64,000 nt of DNA from a virus. The stretch covers positions 19,729-83,728 of the IMG/VR virus record IMGVR_UViG_3300042691_023046. The stretch is one strand, 5' to 3'. The position numbers and the translations under genes were made by a program. Below, one piece after another: positions 18,473 through 25,292 of the stretch; positions within the stretch are counted from its first letter, which is position 1, and each line of letters begins with the position of its first letter. The notes under the pieces were generated by a model. It was not told where the DNA came from. It saw only the letters and a program-made list of their open reading frames with translations, and ran no database searches.

Positions 18473-18504
18473 TACAACTGCATCAAATTAATGATACAGT
18501 TGTA
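18473..18504 (-). terminator. Intergenic hairpin (terminator or processing site)
   Basis: TACAACTG(T)ATCA / TGAT(G)CAGTTGTA with G-U pair on minus strand. Confidence 0.5.
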
Positions 18505-18510
18505 ATGTTG

Positions 18511-18708
18511 TTATTTTTCAATTGGTTTAACATTAGTAACATTATTACCATGTAACAAACTATTTAAATTAGCATCTAATTCTTCAAGTTGTTTAGTAGT
18601 TATTAATTTTACTTGATGTGCATGATTTAATAATGTAGTTAATTTACCATAAGCTTTCATTGTTTTATGGTCTAATGCTACTTGAATTGCTTCTTGATTA
18701 TGTAACAT
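18511..18708 (-). CDS. Hypothetical protein
   Basis: 65 aa ORF. Confidence 0.6.
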   Translation of the reverse strand: MLHNQEAIQVALDHKTMKAYGKLTTLLNHAHQVKLITTKQLEELDANLNSLLHGNNVTNVKPIEK

Positions 18709-18830
18709 AATTGTATTTATTAGTGTTGTTATTTATGATTAATTGTTTAATTTATTGTTTACAAATGTGAAGTTAAATGATGTGAATATCATGAAGATAT
18801 GTGAATGTGTTATAATAAATGTGCAATTTT

Positions 18831-19079
18831 TATTTAGTGTAATGAGAGTGTAGATTAATATTGTTGGGTTGTTAACATTTAACCAACCTCCATAACATTT
18901 AACTATCACATCAAATAATTATTTATCATATAACTATTATATAATAGCTATACATTTCCATCACATACCTGTTAATTTAATCAACATACATAATTACAAT
19001 TTAAGCTCCTTAAACTAATATTCTCCTACACTTTTAAATTATTATTATGTTATTAACTACACTTCATTCACACTAAATA
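18831..19079. repeat. ~30-bp imperfect inverted repeat enclosing ~190 bp
   Basis: tatttagtgtaatgagagtgtagattaata (18831) vs tattaactacacttcattcacactaaata (19051). Confidence 0.7.
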
Positions 19080-19195
19080 TTATATGTTTACAATTGTAAA
19101 GTTATATAATTTATAACTTGTTGTTAATCACCCATTTCTCTCTTTAGAAGCAAATAGATATACAATTATAGATACACTATTAATACACACAATAA

Positions 19196-19224
19196 AATAA
19201 GGAGAGTTTAACACTCCCCTTATT
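19196..19224 (-). terminator. Intrinsic terminator
   Basis: Minus AATAAGGGGAGT-GTTAA-ACTCTCCTTATT-TT just after stop of 19226-19465. Confidence 0.75.
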
Positions 19225-19225
19225 A

Positions 19226-19465
19226 TTATTTGATTGCTGCTAACAATTCTTCCATTGTAGAATATTCTACTTCGGCTTCAATAACTTTAGCAAAATTAAC
19301 GTATTCTAATCCTAGCTTAGTGAATACTCCTGATTTAATAACTTTATCAGTTTTTAATTGCTTAACAAATTCTGCTTCTGTTCCATTGTAAAACATTACT
19401 GTATTATCCTCAATGAAATCAACTCTAATTCCTTTTTCTGCGTTACTAATTTTAATTTTTTTCAT
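19226..19465 (-). CDS. Hypothetical protein, first gene of leftward arm
   Basis: 79 aa ORF with terminator. Confidence 0.65.
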   Translation of the reverse strand: MKKIKISNAEKGIRVDFIEDNTVMFYNGTEAEFVKQLKTDKVIKSGVFTKLGLEYVNFAKVIEAEVEYSTMEELLAAIK

Positions 19466-19915
19466 GGTACGGTGTATTTAATTGTTGTAGTTTAGTAAGG
19501 GTCGGGTTGTTGATGTGGTAGCCCCTTCTCTACATTTAAAACAAATTTTCAATTTTTACAAAATTTTAAAAAATAATTTTTTTATCAACATAGGGGTCTA
19601 TCATTACTTTTTTCTAATTTTATTAATTTCTTAATTTTTAAATTTTATAAAAAAAATTTTTATTGACCCTACTCATTATCACACTATATAGGTGTAAATT
19701 TATTTTCAATTTGGATTCCTTTAGAAGCCTATTCATAGGCAGTTAAAATACCCATGTTCACAGGAAACACTATATAAGTTATTGATTGTTAGTTGTTAAA
19801 GAAGTTAAATGATTGTATAATAATAAAATCTATAATTTGACAGTTTATTCAATTGATATTCAATTACTTAAAACATATTTTTATAAACAGTATTGTTTTA
19901 TTGAACAATGTTCAT
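19466..19915. other. Strand-switch region with clustered A/T tracts; candidate genome terminus, packaging site or origin
   Basis: Gene orientation flips here; repeated AAATTTT/AATTTTT tracts 19535-19715; GC patches gggtcggg, ggggtc/gaccc. Confidence 0.45.
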
Positions 19916-19922
19916 ATATTTG
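19915..19922 (+). promoter_or_regulatory. Bacteroidota -7 promoter box for rightward arm
   Basis: TATATTTG 5 nt before ATG 19928 (leaderless-like). Confidence 0.6.
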
Positions 19923-19927
19923 TACCC

Positions 19928-20224
19928 ATGCAAGACATAGATATAATTTTACACTTTCAAGAAACATTAAATTTTTTAACTCCTCATAATATACTAAAAA
20001 TAGATATTATATCAATAGATATAAAAGTTAAAAATAATATAGGTACAATAGATATATTAGCACATAAAAATGTAGATGAAAATTTAGAAGAAGTTGGTAA
20101 ATTTAATTATAAAGGTAAATATTCAAGTGATAAAACACAACTAATGAGATATTTAACATCTTGGTGTGAAAAATATAAAGTAGAATATTATATTAATTTA
20201 TCAGATAGTAGAGAATATAAATAA
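19928..20224 (+). CDS. Hypothetical protein
   Basis: ORF 19853-20224; ATG 19928 (MQDIDIIL) preferred over TTG because it follows the promoter box. Confidence 0.55.
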   Translation: MQDIDIILHFQETLNFLTPHNILKIDIISIDIKVKNNIGTIDILAHKNVDENLEEVGKFNYKGKYSSDKTQLMRYLTSWCEKYKVEYYINLSDSREYK

Positions 20225-20225
20225 A

Positions 20226-20390
20226 ATGACAGCACAAAACATAATAGATTATTTAAATAAATTAACTTCATTTGATAAAGAACAGGAGTTAAGTATTTTT
20301 GTTTCTAATGAAAATGGAACATTTAATTATAAAAAGATAAAAGATTTATTTATATCAGCAGAAAACATATTAGTAATTACAAATGAGTAA
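20226..20390 (+). CDS. Small hypothetical protein (54 aa)
   Basis: Manual translation MTAQNIIDYLNKLTSFDKEQELSIFVSNENG...ITNE*, fills gap and overlaps repL start. Confidence 0.55.
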   Translation: MTAQNIIDYLNKLTSFDKEQELSIFVSNENGTFNYKKIKDLFISAENILVITNE

Positions 20391-20919
20391 ACATATACCA
20401 GATTCTCTTAAAGGAGTTAAATCACCATTTATAGATAATTTAGTTATACCTATATTTACTAGATACAACACAGAAGATGTATCTAATCCTTCTAAATCTG
20501 TAATAAAAAATGATATAATAGTAGCAACAGGAGAAACACATAAAATATCAAGAAGTTATACCTTAGAAAAAGATAGAAAAGTTGATTTATATTATGAAAA
20601 TAATGGAGAAGATTTAAAACCTTATTATACAGCTTTATCAAAAGAAGGTAGAATGTTATTAGATTATATTTTATTTTATTGTTTAAGAGAAAATAAGTTG
20701 TTGTGTTATATAGATACAAAAGATTTTATGGATAAATATATGATAAAATCTAGGACAACTCTTTGGAATAGTAAAAAGAATTTAATAAATTTGACTTTTA
20801 TTACAGCTACTTCTTGTCAGAATTGGTATTGGATAAACCCTAAGTTTATGTTTAAAGGTTATAGAAGTAAAGTAATAGAACTAAAAGATAATTTAAAATA
20901 CACAACTAAAGAAGATTAG
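20383..20919 (+). CDS. repL: RepL-like winged-helix protein
   Basis: SRTTLWNSKKNL helix and WYWINPKFMFKG C-terminal motif. Confidence 0.7.
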   Translation: MSKHIPDSLKGVKSPFIDNLVIPIFTRYNTEDVSNPSKSVIKNDIIVATGETHKISRSYTLEKDRKVDLYYENNGEDLKPYYTALSKEGRMLLDYILFYCLRENKLLCYIDTKDFMDKYMIKSRTTLWNSKKNLINLTFITATSCQNWYWINPKFMFKGYRSKVIELKDNLKYTTKED

Positions 20920-20920
20920 T

Positions 20921-21139
20921 ATGTCAATTCAAAAAGAAACAAATAGTTTTAATGGTAGTAGCTTTTCTATAAGTCATATTATAGAAATGTTAGAATTTTC
21001 ATCAAAAACTACAATAACTAAACAATATAATAAATGTAAAAATGAATTAAATTCTAAAATAAAAGGAACAATTTTATTTTATGGTACACCAGGAAAAATA
21101 AACAATAATAATTTTGAAGAATTATGGAAGAAACTATAA
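20921..21139 (+). CDS. Mini-protein resembling a terminase ATPase fragment
   Basis: KGTILFYGTPGKINNNNFEELW vs own TerL SGTIIWFGTGGGKDNNWAGFKEIF. Confidence 0.55.
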   Translation: MSIQKETNSFNGSSFSISHIIEMLEFSSKTTITKQYNKCKNELNSKIKGTILFYGTPGKINNNNFEELWKKL

Positions 21140-21399
21140 TAGAAAAAAGTATAATAGAACAAATAAAAGATGTTAATTCTTACTCTGAATTAACTTTAGA
21201 AACTTTTAATAAATTTATAAAAGATTTAGAAGGAAGTGCTAAACAACAATCTAAACCAGAATTTAAACTACCTTCAAAAGAAGAATTATTAAAATTAGAT
21301 GATAATAAAAGTTATATGTTTGAAGGTAGTATATTTAATGGTAAATTTTTAAAAGAATTAGATAGTTATCTTACAGAACAATTTAATAAAGTTAAATAA
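21124..21399 (+). CDS. Mini-protein with weak similarity to an MCP segment
   Basis: SYSELTLETFNKFIKDL vs own MCP TYSFLTLNKWKNIVREV. Confidence 0.4.
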   Translation: MEETIIEKSIIEQIKDVNSYSELTLETFNKFIKDLEGSAKQQSKPEFKLPSKEELLKLDDNKSYMFEGSIFNGKFLKELDSYLTEQFNKVK

Positions 21400-21401
21400 A
21401 T

Positions 21402-21653
21402 ATGTTTCCATTTATACAATCAACTTTAATATTACCACCTTTATTTGATGAAGAAGGTAATGAAATTAAAAAACAAGAAAATGTAAAATCTTTAATTAAC
21501 TTAGAAGATATACACACAATGTGTAATTATCCTTGTGAAATAGGTACAGCTTTATCTATAATATATAAAACTATAGATGGTAATTTTTTATATCAAGATA
21601 ATTTTTTAAGAATACATCAAGAGTTATTAAAATTTCATAATTGGAAAAAATAA
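21402..21653 (+). CDS. Hypothetical protein
   Basis: 83 aa ORF. Confidence 0.65.
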   Translation: MFPFIQSTLILPPLFDEEGNEIKKQENVKSLINLEDIHTMCNYPCEIGTALSIIYKTIDGNFLYQDNFLRIHQELLKFHNWKK

Positions 21654-21682
21654 ACAAAATTTTATAATAACAAATAATTAAT

Positions 21683-21830
21683 ATGCCAAAAGATAAAGTA
21701 TTTACAATAGAAGAAATTAGAAATTGGTTATCAGAAGAAACAGGAATGTACGTTACTGATTTAAATAATAAAAAAAATTAATGTTCAAGAAAAGTTTGAT
21801 AAATTATTAAAAACAATTAAAAACAATTAA
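21683..21830 (+). pseudogene. Small gene with +1 frameshift at A8 run
   Basis: MPKDKVFTIEEIRNWLSEETGMYVTDLNNKK then +1 frame INVQEKFDKLLKTIKNN*; A8 at 21770-21777. Confidence 0.4.
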
Positions 21831-21837
21831 ATATACA

Positions 21838-22122
21838 ATGACAAATTATTTTAAACCTAAGTATGATTTAAATACATCTTTATATATTATATTAACAAAT
21901 GATATTAATATAACAGAAGTATTTATTAGTAGAATAGAAGTTTCAAAAGGATTTACTAAAGATAGTAATAAAATAAATTATGAATACTATTATAGTATTC
22001 CTCATTATCCAGAATATTTTAAAATAAATATAGATAGTGAAGATAAATTATCAAATAGTAGAAATATAAGATTATATGAATCTGTAGAAGAATTAAAAAA
22101 TAATATAATAGTTAAACAATAA
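21838..22122 (+). CDS. Hypothetical protein
   Basis: 94 aa ORF. Confidence 0.65.
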   Translation: MTNYFKPKYDLNTSLYIILTNDINITEVFISRIEVSKGFTKDSNKINYEYYYSIPHYPEYFKINIDSEDKLSNSRNIRLYESVEELKNNIIVKQ

Positions 22123-22126
22123 AATT

Positions 22127-22639
22127 ATGCAAGAACAAATTAAAAAATTAAGAGTACAAATTGATGGATACTATCAATTAACTAAAGAATTAAAACCTAT
22201 TGATAGAAAGCCAGAACCATTAACTATTGAAATGGTAAATTCTAAAGAAGTAAATGATGCTGCATATTCATTACTATACTCTAAAGCATGGTTAGGTAAA
22301 GTATTAGAAGCATTAGGTACAGAAAATCCTTATGGTAACGGTTATAAAACTAAAGAGGATATTGTACCTACACAAGATGTTTCTAATGGACAAGGATTAT
22401 TTAAAGATAACTTTGAATTATTGTGGTGGAAAAATGAATTAAACCACATAGAAAAGGTAGATTGGTTAAGGTGTTCTATCGAAGATACTATTAAAAATTT
22501 ATTATTAATAGAAAGTTTATTTACAGGACATAAAACAAGAGAGTTTTCTATAGCTAGAACAAATTGTTATAATCATTTGTGCGAGGCTAAATTTGCTTTA
22601 GGGTTTGAATTAGCTAGAGTAAGAGAGGAGAATGTATGA
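22127..22639 (+). CDS. Protein with two Acb2/Tad1-like helical hairpins (candidate anti-defence sponge)
   Basis: SKEVNDAAYSLLYSKAWLGKVL and TREFSIARTNCYNHLCEAKFALGFEL resemble the RE.S.A.T.LE.A.MW pattern. Confidence 0.4.
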   Translation: MQEQIKKLRVQIDGYYQLTKELKPIDRKPEPLTIEMVNSKEVNDAAYSLLYSKAWLGKVLEALGTENPYGNGYKTKEDIVPTQDVSNGQGLFKDNFELLWWKNELNHIEKVDWLRCSIEDTIKNLLLIESLFTGHKTREFSIARTNCYNHLCEAKFALGFELARVREENV

Positions 22640-22857
22640 ACAATAAAGAGATAGAAGAATATATTAAATGTAAAGAAAACCCTTATTACTTTATGACAAA
22701 TTATATGTATGTAACAAATTTTCATACTAATAAAAAAGAATTGTTTACAACACATTTAAATGAAAAAGAGTTTAATGAATTGTTTAAAGTTAAGATAGAC
22801 AATGTAATAACAGATAAGTTAAATAAAGTAAAAGAATTAAATCATGAAAAACTTTAA
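22636..22857 (+). CDS. Mini-protein resembling the N-terminus of T4-type large terminases
   Basis: EEYIKCKENPYYFMTNYMYVT resembles the E(W/Y)xKCxxDxxYFxxxY motif of gp17-type TerL. Confidence 0.55.
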   Translation: MNNKEIEEYIKCKENPYYFMTNYMYVTNFHTNKKELFTTHLNEKEFNELFKVKIDNVITDKLNKVKELNHEKL

Positions 22858-22921
22858 CTTCTTTCTCTTTAGAAGGAAATAAAAAATAAAACAAATCAAT
22901 AAATTTTAAATAAAATAAATT

Positions 22922-23221
22922 ATGAGTAAAACAACAAAAGAAGTTTCTAAAGAAGAAACATCACCTATTGTAGAAACAATAGAAGCAACTACAGAAGTAG
23001 TTGAAACAGTAGAAAATCCTATAACAGAAAGATTAACAGGTGAAAAAGGTGCTGATGGTGTAATGGGTACTGATGGTATATCAGAAGATTTACAAGAAAA
23101 ACAACCAGAAGTTATAGTTCCAGAAACTATAGAAGAATTACAAAAAGAAAGTGAAGTAGAAGAAGCAGAAATACCAACTGCTCCTACAGCAAATTATTCA
23201 CCAGAAAATCATCATTATTAA
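22922..23221 (+). CDS. Acidic disordered protein with short Gxx repeat
   Basis: E/T/P-rich; GEKGADGVMGTDG. Confidence 0.65.
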   Translation: MSKTTKEVSKEETSPIVETIEATTEVVETVENPITERLTGEKGADGVMGTDGISEDLQEKQPEVIVPETIEELQKESEVEEAEIPTAPTANYSPENHHY

Positions 23222-23225
23222 AATT

Positions 23226-23681
23226 ATGCTAGAATTTAAAAATTATATTGGTACAAAAAAGCTTAAAGCTACACCAATGAACAAAGAAGAATACTGTCAA
23301 TATAGAAATTGGATAGTACCAGAAAATGAAGTACCTACAGAAGATGGATATTTAGTAGAATATCAAGATGGTGGAAAACCTAATGATGAAAGACATGAAG
23401 GTTATATTTCATGGTCGCCTAAAGATGTTTTTGAAAAATCTTATATAGAAATAGTAGAAGAATCTTTTTTAGATAGAGTAATTAAAGAAGAATACGAATT
23501 AGGAGTTAAAATAACTGCTTTATCTAACTTTTTAAATAAAGATTATGTAAATAAAATAACAGGTGATTTACAATTTTCTTATTTAAATTTACAAAGAAGT
23601 GCTATGATAGCATACAGACAAATATTAATTATTAGAATAGAAGATTTAAAAAGTAAAGAAGAAAGTAAAGAACAAAAATAA
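23226..23681 (+). CDS. Two-domain protein: YIGTK...SWSPKDVF domain plus crAss001_48-like helical domain
   Basis: YIGTKKLKATPM...DGYLVEYQDG...YISWSPKDVFEKSY; FLDRVIKEEYEL...LQRSAMIAYRQILIIRIE. Confidence 0.65.
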   Translation: MLEFKNYIGTKKLKATPMNKEEYCQYRNWIVPENEVPTEDGYLVEYQDGGKPNDERHEGYISWSPKDVFEKSYIEIVEESFLDRVIKEEYELGVKITALSNFLNKDYVNKITGDLQFSYLNLQRSAMIAYRQILIIRIEDLKSKEESKEQK

Positions 23682-24205
23682 TGGAAAACAAATATTTATT
23701 TGACACAAATTTAGAACCATCAGAATATGATGTTTTAATAAATCCAATACCTTTAAAGAAAACAGGTATTATATTAATGGATAAATCTTTAAACAAAGAT
23801 GAAATATTACCTTATGTGATATTAGAGGTAGGTAGTGAAGTAAAAAATTATAAACAAGGAGATTTTGTTTATGTTTTAGGGGATATAGTAGGTTATCCTC
23901 ATTTAGTAAATGATGAAGGTTTACATGTAGGTCAAGTTAATGTAGGTTTTATAAAATCAAAAATAAAAAATAATAATGAATTTATAAAACTTTATAATGA
24001 AAGAATTGATGCTTTAGTAGCTGAACAAAAAGCTATTAATGAAAGATTATTAGTACCTAAAGAACAAGGAGATATATTTTTAAATGATACTCAAAGAAGG
24101 GAATATTATAAAAAAACTAAAAAAGAACAAGAGGAAATTGATAATGATATTAAATTAAATCAATTATATTTCAAACCTAAAAATAAAAATCAAATAACCA
24201 ACTAG
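23681..24205 (+). CDS. groES: GroES-like co-chaperonin
   Basis: DVLINP..KKTGIIL...VILEVGSEVKNYKQGDFV is the Cpn10 pattern; C-terminal helical extension. Confidence 0.65.
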   Translation: MENKYLFDTNLEPSEYDVLINPIPLKKTGIILMDKSLNKDEILPYVILEVGSEVKNYKQGDFVYVLGDIVGYPHLVNDEGLHVGQVNVGFIKSKIKNNNEFIKLYNERIDALVAEQKAINERLLVPKEQGDIFLNDTQRREYYKKTKKEQEEIDNDIKLNQLYFKPKNKNQITN

Positions 24206-24220
24206 TTAAGAAAAAAATAT

Positions 24221-24251
24221 AAAAGTGCTATACTATGTATGGCACTTTTTT
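24221..24251 (+). terminator. Intrinsic terminator
   Basis: AAAAGTGCTATAC-TAT-GTATGGCAC-TTTTTT with U-G pair. Confidence 0.85.
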
Positions 24252-24253
24252 AT

Positions 24254-24284
24254 TACTTTTGTTTGATTAATAATATTATTTTTG
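24254..24284 (+). promoter_or_regulatory. Bacteroidota -7 boxes upstream of packaging operon
   Basis: TACTTTTG (24254) and TATTTTTG (24277). Confidence 0.5.
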
Positions 24285-24285
24285 T

Positions 24286-24552
24286 ATGAAACATGATAAA
24301 ACTATAACAGATATTGTAGAACAATTAGCTACAGAATATAATTTATTACCTAGTGATGTATTTGAATTAATTAAATTCCAAGAAACACAAACAGTAAAAA
24401 TTATAGAAAACTCAATTGATAAATTACATAATATAAGAGTTGATGTTACAGGAAATTATAATAAAATAAAAATAATACATTTAATTAAACTAGAAATAGA
24501 TGAAACAAAAATTAAGAAAATTAATGATTGGATTACTGCCAATCAGAGTTAA
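24286..24552 (+). CDS. IHF/HU-like small protein
   Basis: IVEQLATEYNL..DVFELI helix pattern and IIHLIKL strand; position upstream of terminase as in crAss-like phages. Confidence 0.45.
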   Translation: MKHDKTITDIVEQLATEYNLLPSDVFELIKFQETQTVKIIENSIDKLHNIRVDVTGNYNKIKIIHLIKLEIDETKIKKINDWITANQS

Positions 24553-24698
24553 TATTAAAATTATACCTGATTTATGGGTATTAAGACCATATAAAGAAAA
24601 AATATTTTATACCATAGATAAAGAAAACTACACACCAATAAGTTACAGAATATTGTGCTTTTCTATTGTTTATGTTACATATAAAGATATAACAAACA

Positions 24699-25292
24699 AT
24701 GATAAAACTAATAATATTAGAAGATAATAAACCAGTATTTAATCCAGAAATAAGAATGTTTAAGCCTTTTAAAAGGCTACTAGAAAGAGATAAAAGTTCA
24801 AAGGGTGATGCAGATGGTAGAAAAAAACTAATAAGTACAAAAGAATTAGCTTTTATTTATTGGTTTATAGACCCTAGAAGTAATTATGTAGATGTTTATC
24901 CTGATGAAAAAATAAGAACAGAAAGAATAAAAAAGCATTTAGATTTACCAGAAGAATGGAAAATAGATGTTGATATAAAAGAAGCTATTGATTTTTATAA
25001 AGAACAAATAAATATTGATTTTGATATGATGTATTTAGAAAGTAATATATCAGCAGCAAGTAAAACTAGAGATTGGTTAATGAGTGTTGATTATAGTTTA
25101 AGAGATAGTAAAGGTAAAATGTTTTATGACCCATTACATGTAGCAAAAATAAACAAAGAAGCTGGTGGAGTTATAGAAGGATTGAAAATGTTAAAAAATA
25201 AAGCATTAAAACCAGAATCTTTAAGTACAAAAATTAGAGGTGGTGGTGAAAAATCTTTATTTGAAGATGCTGATACGGAGGATGATGAATAA
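24699..25292 (+). CDS. Conserved crAss-like protein upstream of TerL (possible small terminase)
   Basis: RDKS...KELAFIYW..DPRS; C-terminal KIRGGGE; TAATG coupling to TerL. Confidence 0.55.
   Translation: MIKLIILEDNKPVFNPEIRMFKPFKRLLERDKSSKGDADGRKKLISTKELAFIYWFIDPRSNYVDVYPDEKIRTERIKKHLDLPEEWKIDVDIKEAIDFYKEQINIDFDMMYLESNISAASKTRDWLMSVDYSLRDSKGKMFYDPLHVAKINKEAGGVIEGLKMLKNKALKPESLSTKIRGGGEKSLFEDADTEDDE

Noticed and set aside
19681-19693. T7/SP6-like promoter (CACTATA..GG)
   Set aside because: Only a 7-nt resemblance, and no T7-type RNAP is encoded in the window
24500-24727. 75-aa ORF between IHF-like gene and pre-terminase gene
   Set aside because: Overlaps both neighbours and has no recognisable motif; may be real but not supportable from sequence alone
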